Positions 8,970 through 19,923 of a stretch of DNA of 64,000 nt are shown here, piece after piece. Position 1 is the first letter of the stretch; each line of letters starts with the position of its first letter. Both the position numbers and the translations under genes were made by a program. Where the stretch lies: assembly GCA_965224765.1 (NCBI GenBank), contig CBDDAC010000029.1, positions 488,039-552,038 on the forward strand, written 5' to 3'. The notes beneath the pieces were generated by a model. That model had not been told where the DNA came from. It did no database searches and was given only the letters and a program-made list of their open reading frames with translations. The stretch comes from Mariniblastus sp. (GTDB taxonomy: Bacteria > Planctomycetota > Planctomycetia > Pirellulales > Pirellulaceae).

Positions 8970-10712
8970 CTAGCGGCGAATCTGAGGTTCAAGTCTTTGA
9001 CCGACCTTGGATTGATCGGCTTCGAAGACGTATACGCTGTCTTCGGCAATGATCTTTCGTGCAGATCCGGACAAGCTTAGTTCGCTTCGAACCACATGCT
9101 CACCTTGGGTGGAACCGACTGCTGAGAAATTGAATACTTTCTTCTCACCAGATCGAATCTCGCCGACTTGAAATTTGATCGAATTATCGTACTGATCGAT
9201 TTCGTAGGCCTTGCTAATTTCAGGTGCCAAAGCAGCCGGCAATGTGATGTCGATTCTCACATCTTCAGCGGAACGGCTTCCTTTGTTTTCGATAACAATG
9301 GCAAACGCTGCCGAGGCACCCACTTGGACTGGGCCACTATCATTGGAGATTGCAATGCTGACGTCAGCTCGAGTCGCAACCATCGTGTTTAGGCGAAATT
9401 CTTTGGCGATGGTTTGATTGCTTCGAACGACGATTCCGCAACTGTGTTGGCCTTCCGCCACGCATTGGGCCTTCAGCTGAATGACTTCTGTTTTTCCGGC
9501 TGTGATTTCCGGGAAGGTCCAGGATAGTTGACGAGTTGCTTCATCGTATTTGGCTTCTCGGCTGATGGTGGACACGTTCATTTCAGCTGGAATCACTAAG
9601 TCGATCTCTACATCGCTGCAATTGACTTTGCCAGGGTTGGCAATTTCAATTCGGTAGATGCCATCACGATTGAGAAAATTCACGCTGGGACCCGTCGCTG
9701 TGACATCAAGTTCCGGTTGTAGGACCACAACCGCTGCTTGACGACTGATGGGCTCTAATTCCGTTGATGCCAAGAGAAACTTGATGTTCTTTTCTCCGCT
9801 TCCGATGCTCTGAGCGGTGACTTTGATTTGGGCTGTTTTTCCCGGAGCCAGCTGAGGAATCACCGTGTTATCAGCGCGAAGTTTTTGAAGTCCTTCAGGA
9901 AACTCCGCCGAGAATCGCAGGTTGTTGGCAATCCCATCACCTCGATTGACCACAGTGATCAAGTAGTCTCTCGACTCACCAAGAATCATTTCTTGCGGAC
10001 CTTCGATTTGAATATCCAAGGCGGGCTCGCGAACGGCAATCGCGATTTGATTTTCATTTGCATATTGAAGTTGAGTTCCAATGTTTATTGGAGTTTTTGC
10101 CGTAGGGACAACATCAATTTCGATAAAGCTTTGACTTCGTGCGGCCAGTTGAATTGCATCAAACTCAAGCCGGCCCTCGGTAACCTTGGTGGGCTGAGGT
10201 CGAGCCGCTTCAAATCGAACGTGCTTGGGAAGCGTTGCGACGAATTTGACGTTGTTAACGCGTTGTTGGCCAACGTTTTTCAACTGAACGCGAATCAAAG
10301 CTTTCTGATTGAGGTTGATATCGGCGGGTGCGATCAAGTCAATCGAAACGGAATCTGTAGAGGACAGTACGTTTTGATTGGGTTGAGACGGTGGTTGAGT
10401 TGCTCGTGATGCAGAGCTTGTTTGAATCGCGGGAACATTGGATCGTGAGGCGGCTTGGGGCTGTCGGTTGCTCCAATTCTGTGGCGAAACGACCGGAGTC
10501 TTGTGAGCTTTTGGAACGATCGGGCGAACTTGTTGTGCTGGTGGCGCAACAAATTGGCGACCAGGAATAGCCTGAATGGCCGAATCCGATTTGGGAATCG
10601 TTTCACTCAGGATTTCCTGGAATAAAAGATCAGTAGCGTCTTTGGTTTCCTGGCCAAATGCGGTGGAGCCCAAAGTGGCAATAAATATGAGGAGTACTGT
10701 AGGGCGAATCAT
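8970..10712 (-). CDS. Secreted DUF11/CARDB-like repeat protein
   Basis: Signal peptide MIRPTVLLIFIATLGSTAFG. Repeated roughly 100-aa modules carry N(R/K)G.....V.(I/F)...LP..L signatures (VVNRGDGIANNLRFSAEFPEGL, IANPGKVNCSDVEIDLVIPAEM, IENKGSRSAEDVRIDITLPAAL). Confidence 0.5.
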   Translation of the reverse strand: MIRPTVLLIFIATLGSTAFGQETKDATDLLFQEILSETIPKSDSAIQAIPGRQFVAPPAQQVRPIVPKAHKTPVVSPQNWSNRQPQAASRSNVPAIQTSSASRATQPPSQPNQNVLSSTDSVSIDLIAPADINLNQKALIRVQLKNVGQQRVNNVKFVATLPKHVRFEAARPQPTKVTEGRLEFDAIQLAARSQSFIEIDVVPTAKTPINIGTQLQYANENQIAIAVREPALDIQIEGPQEMILGESRDYLITVVNRGDGIANNLRFSAEFPEGLQKLRADNTVIPQLAPGKTAQIKVTAQSIGSGEKNIKFLLASTELEPISRQAAVVVLQPELDVTATGPSVNFLNRDGIYRIEIANPGKVNCSDVEIDLVIPAEMNVSTISREAKYDEATRQLSWTFPEITAGKTEVIQLKAQCVAEGQHSCGIVVRSNQTIAKEFRLNTMVATRADVSIAISNDSGPVQVGASAAFAIVIENKGSRSAEDVRIDITLPAALAPEISKAYEIDQYDNSIKFQVGEIRSGEKKVFNFSAVGSTQGEHVVRSELSLSGSARKIIAEDSVYVFEADQSKVGQRLEPQIRR

Positions 10713-10881
10713 CTTGATTTCCGTAATTGATGGTTCAGGAGACTTTTCTATTTTTCGGAGAAAAAGGGTCTGCATGATCAGTAAAGATTTATGGGTTGGA
10801 CTGATTTGCGGCTAAAAACAAAGGCGGCTAGCATGAAATCAATGCTAGCCGCCCGTTTCTGTATGATTCGAATTGGCTGGT

Positions 10882-11808
10882 CTATTTGGAAGTTTTGGCG
10901 GGTCGGAATTCCCACCGAGCTGCGAAACCTGTTCCATCACCGCGGAACTTGATCAACGGGTGAATCTGATTTCGATTTAGGCATTTGATCGTGTCATGAA
11001 GCCGTCGCTTTCGGCAGACATCGGTTTGAGGAAGGGGGTCATCGATCTGTTCCGGCCAATTCAATTCAGCAAAGGCCGCAATCAACATTTCTTGATTGGG
11101 GGCTGGCCACTTGAAGTGTTTTACTACCTTGCCAGCGATCTTAAGCACCCGGGTTTCCGGGCACCAGCTTGGAGTTTCTCTTGGAGGGGCGTTCATAGGA
11201 AGAAGGTCAGGATCTGGGTGTGTGTGGGAAATCATAGGACGGTATCGTTTTGAAAGTTCAGCGAAAGCCTGATGGCCTTTGGTTGACAGGATGAAACAGG
11301 AATGGTTATGGAAGACAAGGTTAGGAGCTTCGAAAAACTGGCGACGCGATTCCTTATTGACCCGTGACTCCAGCCGATGTTCGATCAGTTTTTGACAAAC
11401 TAGCCAACGTAATAAAGATCGCGATACACCTAGATCGTTTAATTCATCTATTTCAATAGCAAACTCCCAAACATTTCGCTCGCAATCCATGGCGAATCTG
11501 AAACTCTCTTTGAGGGCTTGCAGTGCGTAAACTTGCTCCTCCAGAGAAGGCCCAGAGTTCACATCCAGATTGGTAGAGTCCGACGAGAGAGATTGTAGGT
11601 GAAATTCAAATTTGGGAGATTCTTCGCCAGCGTCCGTGCGAGCTTGCCATCTCATAATTTTTTTAGAAATCATTGAAGTACTTCTGGTAATTGGGAGATC
11701 GGAAAGTTCGTGGGAACCGGCATCGTTCCCTATTAGACTTATCGTGGAAACCTTCCAGAATTCCCGCAAATAAGCCGCCATGACCGTTTTGGAATTGCTG
11801 TAAGTCAT
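10882..11808 (-). CDS. Hypothetical protein
   Basis: 308-aa ORF with no recognisable motifs. By eye the GC content is slightly lower than in the neighbouring genes. Confidence 0.35.
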   Translation of the reverse strand: MTYSNSKTVMAAYLREFWKVSTISLIGNDAGSHELSDLPITRSTSMISKKIMRWQARTDAGEESPKFEFHLQSLSSDSTNLDVNSGPSLEEQVYALQALKESFRFAMDCERNVWEFAIEIDELNDLGVSRSLLRWLVCQKLIEHRLESRVNKESRRQFFEAPNLVFHNHSCFILSTKGHQAFAELSKRYRPMISHTHPDPDLLPMNAPPRETPSWCPETRVLKIAGKVVKHFKWPAPNQEMLIAAFAELNWPEQIDDPLPQTDVCRKRRLHDTIKCLNRNQIHPLIKFRGDGTGFAARWEFRPAKTSK

Positions 11809-11971
11809 TGTGTTGTAAGCACTTAGGGAATTTTCAAAAAAAGAATTTTGTGCCCCACTCGTAGAAAACCCTGCCCCATGTCCAAATAGATAGACGCCTT
11901 GGGTAGCTCCAAGGGAAAGCTATGATGATTGGTTCAGTCCAGCGATGTCCATAAGAAGTACAGGTAAACAA

Positions 11972-14125
11972 ATGAAAGTCTATTTGCTGCGAATTTCAAT
12001 TCTTTTGGCAATATTGACCATTGGTATTAGCACAGGAGCCAGCCAGGAAATGATGTATCCCAAATCCATGAAGGTCGATCAGGTCGACGAGTTTTGGGGC
12101 ACCCAAGTTGCTGACCCGTTTCGTTGGCTCGAAGGCGATGCGACTCGAAATGATGATGTAAAGGTTTGGGTGACTGCCCAAAATGAGCTCACCTTTGGTT
12201 ATCTCAAAGAGCTTCCCTATCGAAAAGAGATTGAGTCAAGACTTACAGAGTTGTGGAATTACGAAAAGTATGGGACGCCTTTTCAGGAGGGGGGTCGTTT
12301 CTACTATTTCAAGAATGATGGTTTGCAGAACCAGAGCGTGTTGTACCAAATGGATTCCCTGGACGATGAGCCGACGGTATTGCTAGATCCAAACAAATGG
12401 TCGGAGGACGGAACAAAAGCGCTAGGTGGAATGGCCTTCAGTGGTGACGGGAAGTACATGGCTTATGGACTTGCCAAAGCCGGTTCGGATTGGCAAACCT
12501 GGTATGTATTGGATATTAAAACTGGCCAAGTGCTCGATGACAAAATCGAATGGGTCAAGTTCGGTGGTGCATCTTGGACGGCCGACAGCAAAGGCTTTTA
12601 TTACAATCGCTATGATGAGCCCAAAGAAGGCGAAGAGTTCACGAGTTTGAATCTCAATCAAAAGGTCTTTTACCATCAAGTTGCATCGTCGCAATCCGAT
12701 GACCCTTTGATCCATGCAGACGCGAAAAATCCTGAATGGGGTTTTTCACCGGAAGTAAGTGAAGACGGACACTATCTGGTTATCACGGTCTGGAAAGGCA
12801 CTGACAGTCGTTATCGAGTGATGTACAAGGACTTGACCAACGCCGAGTCAACGTTGGTTGAGTTGATTGATAACTTTGAAAACGAGTTTACGTTCTTTGG
12901 AAACGAAGGCGACGTGATGTACTTCAAGTCCGATTTTAACGCGCCAAAGAAATGCGTCATCGCCATTGACCCCAACAAACCAGCTCGCGAAAACTGGAAG
13001 GTTGTGATTCCAGAGTCCGAAAATGCCATGGATTCGGTTGGCATGGTGGGCGATTTCATCGTGGCTGATTACCTGAAAGACGCAGTGACGCAGATCAGAT
13101 TGTTTGATCTGGGTGGAAACTTTGTTCGCGAGGTCGAGTTTCCTGGGATTGGAACGGCAAGTGGCTTTGGAGGCAAACGAAATCACATAGATACGTTTTA
13201 TTCGTTTTCGAGTTTCAATCGACCTCCCAGCATTTATAGCTATGAATTGGCGACTGGGCAGAGCAAGCTGATTCGCGAAGCCAAAGTGGATTTTGACCCA
13301 GCTGATTTTGTTGTCAGTCAAGTCTTTTATGAAAGCAAAGACGGAACTCAAGTTCCCATGTTTATTGCCCACAAGAAGGGATTGGAGCTTCATGGTGAAA
13401 ATCCAACGTTGCTGTATGCATACGGAGGATTCAATATTTCGTTGACTCCGAGTTTTTCCATTTCGCGTTTGCAGTGGATGGAAATGGGAGGAGTTTTTGC
13501 GATGCCCAATTTGCGAGGCGGCGGCGAGTATGGCAAGGAATGGCACAAGGCAGGTACAAAAACACAAAAACAGAATGTGTTTGATGATTTCATTGCGGCT
13601 GCTGAGTACTTGATCGAAAACAAATACACGTCATCCCAGAACCTCGGAATACAAGGCGGAAGCAACGGCGGATTGTTGGTGGGAGCCTGCATGACTCAAC
13701 GTCCCGATTTGTACAATGCTTGTTTACCAGCGGTTGGCGTGATGGACATGCTTCGATTTCATGAATTCACTGCAGGTCGATTTTGGACGGACGACTATGG
13801 TTGTGCCGACGCGAGTGCAGAAGAGTTCAATGCGTTGCTGGCCTATTCGCCTTATCACAACATCGAAGACGGAACCGCCTATCCACCGACAATGGTCACC
13901 ACCGCTGATCACGATGATCGCGTTGTTCCTGGGCACAGTTTCAAGTTCGTGGCCCGGCTCCAGGAGGCTCAGGTAGGGTCCAACCCTACTTTGATACGTA
14001 TTGAGACCAATGCGGGTCATGGAGCTGGCAAGCCAACGGCCAAAGTCATCGAAGAGGCTACGGACCAATGGGCTTTTCTGGCCAAGCATTTGGGGTTAAC
14101 TCCTCAGATACCTGAGAAGAAGTAG
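11972..14125 (+). CDS. Prolyl oligopeptidase (S9A family serine peptidase), secreted
   Basis: Signal peptide MKVYLLRISILLAILTIG. N-terminal beta-propeller and a C-terminal catalytic domain with GGSNGGLL (nucleophile Ser), plus Asp and His in DHDDRVVPGHSFKF. ORF 11945..14125. Confidence 0.8.
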   Translation: MKVYLLRISILLAILTIGISTGASQEMMYPKSMKVDQVDEFWGTQVADPFRWLEGDATRNDDVKVWVTAQNELTFGYLKELPYRKEIESRLTELWNYEKYGTPFQEGGRFYYFKNDGLQNQSVLYQMDSLDDEPTVLLDPNKWSEDGTKALGGMAFSGDGKYMAYGLAKAGSDWQTWYVLDIKTGQVLDDKIEWVKFGGASWTADSKGFYYNRYDEPKEGEEFTSLNLNQKVFYHQVASSQSDDPLIHADAKNPEWGFSPEVSEDGHYLVITVWKGTDSRYRVMYKDLTNAESTLVELIDNFENEFTFFGNEGDVMYFKSDFNAPKKCVIAIDPNKPARENWKVVIPESENAMDSVGMVGDFIVADYLKDAVTQIRLFDLGGNFVREVEFPGIGTASGFGGKRNHIDTFYSFSSFNRPPSIYSYELATGQSKLIREAKVDFDPADFVVSQVFYESKDGTQVPMFIAHKKGLELHGENPTLLYAYGGFNISLTPSFSISRLQWMEMGGVFAMPNLRGGGEYGKEWHKAGTKTQKQNVFDDFIAAAEYLIENKYTSSQNLGIQGGSNGGLLVGACMTQRPDLYNACLPAVGVMDMLRFHEFTAGRFWTDDYGCADASAEEFNALLAYSPYHNIEDGTAYPPTMVTTADHDDRVVPGHSFKFVARLQEAQVGSNPTLIRIETNAGHGAGKPTAKVIEEATDQWAFLAKHLGLTPQIPEKK

Positions 14126-14348
14126 TCCCTACCAAACAGTTGTTTCATCGGGGCGATGTTTACATCGACTCGTAGAAGCCAGGCGGTCAGCCTGGCTTTT
14201 TTTGTTGCAACTTTGGCTGCCATACTCAGCGGGATTACGCTTCGCCCAAGCCCTTTCGGCCCCCAAAGAATTCATGGAAAAGGGATGTCGACTTGGAAGG
14301 TCGCTTGCCCTAAAACAGTTGATTCGCAGTTTCAAACGGAAATAAATC

Positions 14349-15455
14349 ATGTCAGAAGAAATGTCGCTGGACGAGCTTCGTGTCAAAATTGATGAGGCGG
14401 ATCGCAAGCTCATTGAATTGATCAACCAGCGCGCAGGTTACGTAGTCGATGTTGGCAAAATCAAGCGGGCCGAAGGCATTCCGATTTATGCGCCACACCG
14501 GGAATCGGAGGTTCTCACCAAAGTCCAAGGTTACAACCAGGGCCCGATTTCCAATCTAACGATCGAGGCAGTTTACCGAGAATTGATGAGTGGAAGTTTC
14601 GCATTGGAACAACCTTTGCGGATCGGGTATCTCGGTCCCGTCGGCACATTCAGTCACTATGCTGCAATGCGCCATTTCGGTTCCAGCGTCGAATTCGAAA
14701 ATTTGCGTGCGATTGAAGGAGTCTTTCAAGAAGTCGCGCGTGGGCATGTCGACTACGGACTCGTGCCGATCGAGAACAGCACTGGAGGGGGAATTACCGA
14801 AACGCTCGACGCATTCCGAGTCTATCACAATCAGTTGAACATTTACGGCGAAGTGCAATTGAATGTGCATTTCAGTTTACTTGCCAACTGCAAACCTCAC
14901 GAAGTCAAACGAGTCTATTCCAAATCAGAGGCGTTCATGCAGTGCCGCAACTGGTTGGCCACCCAGTATCCTCGAGTTGAGTTGCTTCAGGCAGAAAGTA
15001 CAGCGGCCGCCGTTCAACACGCCAAGACCGATACGGATGCGGATCCGGATTGTGGAACCGCAGCCATTGGTTCATCTTTGGCAGGAGAGATTTATGGGTT
15101 GCATTCGCTGTTCGAGCAGATTGAAGATCGACAGGGGAATATCACGCGGTTTTTGATATTGTCGAAAAGCAAAACGGAAGTTTCCGGCAATGACAAGACA
15201 TCAATTATGTTCACCAGCGATGACCGACCGGGTTCGTTGGCGGATGTGCTGACGGTGTTTAAGCGGGCCGGGATTAATTTAACTCATATCGACAAACGCC
15301 CAAGTCTCGAAGTGAACTGGGACTACACCTTCTTCGTTGATGCGCTTGGACATTCGAGTGAACCAAAATTTGCCGAGGTGATTGGCGAAGCTCGAGCTTA
15401 CTGCAAGGACCTGACAGTGTTGGGCAGCTTCCCCTGTTGCCGCCGCACGCTCTAG
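14349..15455 (+). CDS. pheA: Bifunctional chorismate mutase / prephenate dehydratase
   Basis: An N-terminal AroQ chorismate mutase (LDELRVKIDEADRKLIELINQRAGYV) is followed by a PDT domain (RIGYLGPVGTFSHYAA) and a C-terminal ACT domain. Confidence 0.85.
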   Translation: MSEEMSLDELRVKIDEADRKLIELINQRAGYVVDVGKIKRAEGIPIYAPHRESEVLTKVQGYNQGPISNLTIEAVYRELMSGSFALEQPLRIGYLGPVGTFSHYAAMRHFGSSVEFENLRAIEGVFQEVARGHVDYGLVPIENSTGGGITETLDAFRVYHNQLNIYGEVQLNVHFSLLANCKPHEVKRVYSKSEAFMQCRNWLATQYPRVELLQAESTAAAVQHAKTDTDADPDCGTAAIGSSLAGEIYGLHSLFEQIEDRQGNITRFLILSKSKTEVSGNDKTSIMFTSDDRPGSLADVLTVFKRAGINLTHIDKRPSLEVNWDYTFFVDALGHSSEPKFAEVIGEARAYCKDLTVLGSFPCCRRTL

Positions 15456-15474
15456 TACCCATAGATTTGAGTTC

Positions 15475-15760
15475 GCCGGTGTATCTGATGTTCTCGGCCC
15501 GCCAATCGAAGATGGATGAGGTGCTTGGCTGTTGGCAGAACAAGACATGCCCACGCAAGCGAGGAGCATGGCACCCGTCGTCGAGGTTTTTGCCTTTTTC
15601 GGGAGGTTGAGGCTCCTGCCGAAACAATTCTTGTTCCTCTCAGACGTGAAACTTGGGGCTAGTACCGGACCGTTTTGAATTGATGGTTAACAAAAGGCCA
15701 AGAAAACCGGTGCACCTGTTCTTGGCTCGCCAATCGAAGATGGGTGAAGCGCTAGTTGTT
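15475..15760. repeat. Repeat family A copy, about 1.3 units
   Basis: ccggtgtatctgatgttctcggcccgccaatcgaagatgg...catgcccacgcaagcgaggagcatggcacccgtcgtcgag...gaggctcctgccgaaacaattcttgttcctctcagacgtgaaac...aaaaccggtgcacctgttcttggctcgccaatcgaagatgg. It overlaps the spurious ORFs 15274..15627 and 15279..15569. Confidence 0.85.
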
Positions 15761-15986
15761 TGTCGCGATCAAGATCAAACTTCGCGAAGGAGTATTTTCA
15801 ACAAGCCGTTCAAATCGCGCCATCCTATTCATTTGCCTCTGACAAGCTAATTGCGCCCAAATCGCTCAGATTTGAAACGAAGCCAACAATTCTTTCGAAA
15901 AGTGAAACCGTTGAGCGATTACGCTGTTGGTTGTCGCTTACCCTAATACCGGTCATTTTCACCTGTTTTTTCCCACCGAGTTCATC

Positions 15987-16934
15987 ATGAAATGCGTTAT
16001 TGCCTTCCTCTTCGTCGCCTGCACGATGTTGGTCCCGCCAAACGATGTGAACGCGAGCGGTCTGTCGTTCTTGCTTCAGGAGGATGGAAAATTGGTGGAT
16101 GGCGGAATGCAGGAAGAAGATGGCACGGTTCGTTCGGAAGACGTCGAGCGTTTGCGGACAGTCGTTTTAGAGGTGAAGCGGCAAGCGTTTTTAGGTCAGC
16201 TAATGATGCAGATTGATCGCCTGGAAAAGTTGTTGAAGTTAAAGGAAAGCCAGGTCAAAAAACTTTCTATCGCTGCCAAGGCTGTTTCGGGAAGACGCAA
16301 AGAGAAGTGGGCAACGCTCATGGACGACTATGAGATGTGGGAAGAAATGGGTCAAAGTGTGGCAGCCAACTTGGATGAACTTGAAAAAGCTGACCTTTCC
16401 GATTTCAGCAAACTCCCTGCTCAATTGCTTTTTTATATGGATGACAGTGAGACATTGGGAATTGTCGCACCGGACTTATTCAGAGATAAGTTTTGGGTCA
16501 AATCACTAAATTCAGTCCTCGATGAACATCAGGCAATGATTTACGAAGAGGATTTGGCCAAGCGGAACGACAAGGTGCTCGGAAGTTTAATCGACTATGT
16601 GACGCAAAATTTTGTCCGCGAGCTTTTACTGACCGAAGAAACAGCGCTGGCCGTAGAGAAGTTTGTAAAATCGGAGCTCGAGAAAAATCCGATCCGCCCG
16701 GAATTTTTGTCGATGTATTCTGAAGTGATCAACTTGGTAATGTCGCGTTTGTCCCTTGCGGACCTAGATGAATTGAAAACGGTTCTCTCGAACAATCAAC
16801 TCAATCGGCTGCGCACGATGCTGGCGGCGTATGGCCCAGATGGATTCATGTTTGTGGAAGAAGCAGATTTTGAACTCGAAGAAAATGAGGTCGAAGAAGC
16901 CGAAGCCGATGATGAAGAGATGGATGACGAGTAG
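15987..16934 (+). CDS. Hypothetical secreted protein with an acidic C-terminal tail
   Basis: ORF 15927..16934. An internal start gives the signal peptide MKCVIAFLFVACTMLVPPNDVNA. The body is helical and the tail is D/E-rich (EENEVEEAEADDEEMDDE). Confidence 0.45.
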   Translation: MKCVIAFLFVACTMLVPPNDVNASGLSFLLQEDGKLVDGGMQEEDGTVRSEDVERLRTVVLEVKRQAFLGQLMMQIDRLEKLLKLKESQVKKLSIAAKAVSGRRKEKWATLMDDYEMWEEMGQSVAANLDELEKADLSDFSKLPAQLLFYMDDSETLGIVAPDLFRDKFWVKSLNSVLDEHQAMIYEEDLAKRNDKVLGSLIDYVTQNFVRELLLTEETALAVEKFVKSELEKNPIRPEFLSMYSEVINLVMSRLSLADLDELKTVLSNNQLNRLRTMLAAYGPDGFMFVEEADFELEENEVEEAEADDEEMDDE

Positions 16935-16980
16935 AATACTGCCATGAGCAGTTTCTTAGTTAATTATTGAAACGGATTTC

Positions 16981-18471
16981 ATGACGAAACCCGAAGTACC
17001 CGAGTGGGTAAAAGACGCCGTTTTTTATCAGATCTTCCCAGACCGTTTCGCGAAAAGTGATCGGGTTGAAAAACCGTCGAATTTGTTGGAGTGGTCTGAA
17101 CCGCCACACGCACAAATGTATCACGGGGGCGACCTACTTGGGATCGTTGAGCATTTGGATCACATTCAGCAGCTGGGTGTCACTGCAATCTACATGACAC
17201 CGATTTTTCAATCGGCCAGTAATCATCGATACCATACACATGACTACTACCAGGTGGATCCGCTTCTAGGTGGGAACTCAGCATTGCGTCAGCTCATCGA
17301 CGAAATTCATCGTCGAGATTTGAAAATTGTGCTTGATGGTGTTTTCAACCACTGCAGTCGTGGTTTCTTCCAGTTCAACGACGTATTGGAAAATGGTCCA
17401 CACTCACCCTGGATCGATTGGTTCAAAATCGATAGCTGGCCTCTGGCACCCTACCAGGGAAAGAAGCCGGCAGGTTATGTGGGGTGGCGGGAAAATCGAT
17501 CACTCCCGGAATTTGATACGGATCACCCTGAAGTTCGGGAGTACATTATGCGGATTGCCGAGTATTGGGTGCGAGAATTCGAGATTGATGGATGGCGTTT
17601 GGATGTCGCTGGCGAGATTCTGACCGAAGGTTTTTGGGAAGAGTTTCGTGCACGTGTGCGAGCCATCAACCCGGAAGCGTATATTCTCAGCGAGATTTGG
17701 ACGCTCTCGCCAGAATGGGTTGCCGGTACGAAATTTGACGCTCACATGAATTATCCATTCACCGAAGCGGTTGTGAATTTCGCCGGGCAAAACCATATCA
17801 GTGAAAAGATTTCCGAGCATCCAGAATTTCAACCTCGTCGTGATATGGACGCAGAGGAGTTTGGATTTCGAATACAGGAAATACAAGACGTTTATCATTG
17901 GGAAACGACCTGTGTCAGCATGAACCTCCTCGACAGTCACGATACTGCTCGCATGTTGAGCATCGTGCAGGGGGACAAGGCGTCGATTCGTCTGGCAACT
18001 TTTTTTCAGATGACTTACCCAGGCGCACCCAGTATCTACTACGGTGACGAAATTGGCATTCGTGGCACATTGGACTATGACCGCCAGCATGATGATCGAC
18101 ACGCCCGTTGGCCAATGCCTTGGGATGAAGATCAATGGGATACGGAGCTGTTGGAGTACTTTCGACAGGTCATCCAGTTGAGACACGACTACGTTGCACT
18201 GCGGCGGGGCGAATTCATACAAGTCTATGCAAAGGAATTAGTCTTCGCCTTTGCACGAATTTTGGCCGGGGGGCCATCCGTGATCGTGATGATGAATGTT
18301 GGGGAAAAAGCTTCAGAGGCAGCTCTCGACGTTTCAGATTTGCCCGTGAAATTCGATGGGGCCAAAGCAAAATTGATTTTCGGAGCTGCCAAAATCGACT
18401 TGAACACAAGCGAACTTATGGTCCATATCGATTCTCGAAGCGGGATCGTAATCGAATTAAATTGCGATTGA
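16981..18471 (+). CDS. Glycoside hydrolase family 13 (alpha-amylase superfamily; neopullulanase/cyclomaltodextrinase-like)
   Basis: GH13 conserved regions are DGVFNHCS (region I), GWRLDVAGE (II, nucleophile Asp), EIWT (III, acid/base Glu) and LLDSHDTAR (IV). Confidence 0.8.
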   Translation: MTKPEVPEWVKDAVFYQIFPDRFAKSDRVEKPSNLLEWSEPPHAQMYHGGDLLGIVEHLDHIQQLGVTAIYMTPIFQSASNHRYHTHDYYQVDPLLGGNSALRQLIDEIHRRDLKIVLDGVFNHCSRGFFQFNDVLENGPHSPWIDWFKIDSWPLAPYQGKKPAGYVGWRENRSLPEFDTDHPEVREYIMRIAEYWVREFEIDGWRLDVAGEILTEGFWEEFRARVRAINPEAYILSEIWTLSPEWVAGTKFDAHMNYPFTEAVVNFAGQNHISEKISEHPEFQPRRDMDAEEFGFRIQEIQDVYHWETTCVSMNLLDSHDTARMLSIVQGDKASIRLATFFQMTYPGAPSIYYGDEIGIRGTLDYDRQHDDRHARWPMPWDEDQWDTELLEYFRQVIQLRHDYVALRRGEFIQVYAKELVFAFARILAGGPSVIVMMNVGEKASEAALDVSDLPVKFDGAKAKLIFGAAKIDLNTSELMVHIDSRSGIVIELNCD

Positions 18472-18506
18472 ACAGGGCGTTAAACCAATCGCCATCAACG
18501 AACTTT

Positions 18507-19923
18507 CTACTCGGACTTTGATACGGTGAAGTGATGGAAGATTTCGGGGGCCATGCGAGGATGTGTGGCGACTCGGCCCGATTGGTCTTGAACGATCACT
18601 TGATAGTCAACGATTGTCCCAACGGGAAATGCAGGAAATATCGCCACCCAGCGGTTTTCGCTGTGAAGCGGAAGTAGTGAAATGGACTCCCACTCACCCA
18701 GATCTTTTCGAAACTTGACAAGGCATTTCTCCGCATCGATCCCTTCGTTGGCCATGTCCTCGATGGTGACGGTAATCGCGTGGCCTCGATCAGAAAACGG
18801 AACTACCTTAGGCAGCACCGGGTGTTCAAGGCGCAGCAACTGACGATCAAAAATGGCGCGGGTTCGACAGTGCAATGCATCGAAGTGTTTCCATTTATCC
18901 CAGGTAAATCCTTTGACCTCGTAACCGGGCAACGCGTCTTGCCAGGTTTTTATGGCAGCCTTGTCACCGTCGACACCAAAAAGTGGAACGTAGACTTTTC
19001 CGTTGAGGATCAGCGAATTGGTATAAGCGGCGATCGGTGTTTCGCCGGGCCCCTCGCCTTTAACAGGAACTTCAGGGCAGTCGATCCGAAGAATTTCATA
19101 TTTTCTACCGAATGCATTTTTCAGTGATGATAGTATTTTGACATTGCGCTCTAGTCCAGCGGCTTCGGGGTGTCCATAGACGTTCAGAGTCCAGAACTTT
19201 CATCCAACAATCGATATGTTGAATTCCCAAAGGCTCCGTGTTTTCCAGAACGACCAGTCGATTGATTCCGAGATACTGTGCAACCAGTTGGCGGTACGTC
19301 ACTTCATCGGCGACTGGTCGATTTTCTGTAAGTTGAGCCTGAGTGCAAAAAGCGGTACCGTGACCATCGACCAGGAAATTTCCGCCCGTCAAATAGGCGG
19401 GAAACTCAGTAGAAGAATGGCCAAGTGCCTGGGCAACCTCTGTGCAAACTGCATCGTCGCCCGGTCCTGTGCGAAATGTGAAGGCTGCCTCTTCGCCTGT
19501 TTGGGGATAGACGGGATATCCGTCGAAGCGATGGTTGACCATGCTCATTTCGCCATCGCCCCGAAAGATTTGATGCGGCCCCCAGTCGCGTGGCCAGTTG
19601 GATTCAACCGAGCAAGAGATAAATTGGACTTGGTCTGGGCTGACTTTCAACGAATTGATTTTCTCCTTGGCGGCTTCGAGCTTATCAGAGTTGACGAGCA
19701 CGAAAAGCTTTGCATCTTTGGAAAGATCGATGACCAATTCGTCAGGAATCGCCAAGGGCCAGGCAACCAGGGTTCCTACCGCTTGTTCCCATTCAGCGAT
19801 CACTCGATTGGAGCCTGGTAAACGGGGCGATTCTTGAGCTTGAATTTTCGCAGACAATGGATCGCAAAAAAGCATGCTTAGTCCAATCAGAACGACACCG
19901 ATGAATACTCTCGAATTTTGCAT
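18507..19923 (-). pseudogene. Agmatine deiminase / Porphyromonas-type peptidylarginine deiminase family gene split by a frameshift near 19195
   Basis: ORF 19105..19923 carries the N-terminal and middle motifs WPRDWGP, GGNFLVDG and HIDC, then runs into a stop. The C-terminal motifs (AAYTNSLILNGKVYVPLFG, DALHCRTRAI, comparable to the GG.HCiTqQ motif) continue in another frame from the stop at 19200 through ORF 18507..18932. Confidence 0.5.

Noticed and set aside
12848-13567. 239-aa minus-strand ORF inside the prolyl oligopeptidase gene
   Set aside because: It is fully antisense to a well-supported S9A peptidase CDS and has no motifs.
17500-18222. 240-aa minus-strand ORF inside the GH13 gene
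   Set aside because: It is antisense to the GH13 catalytic regions, so it is a spurious overlapping frame.
19216-19821. 201-aa plus-strand ORF
   Set aside because: It is antisense to the agmatine-deiminase-family gene, whose motifs are unambiguous on the minus strand.
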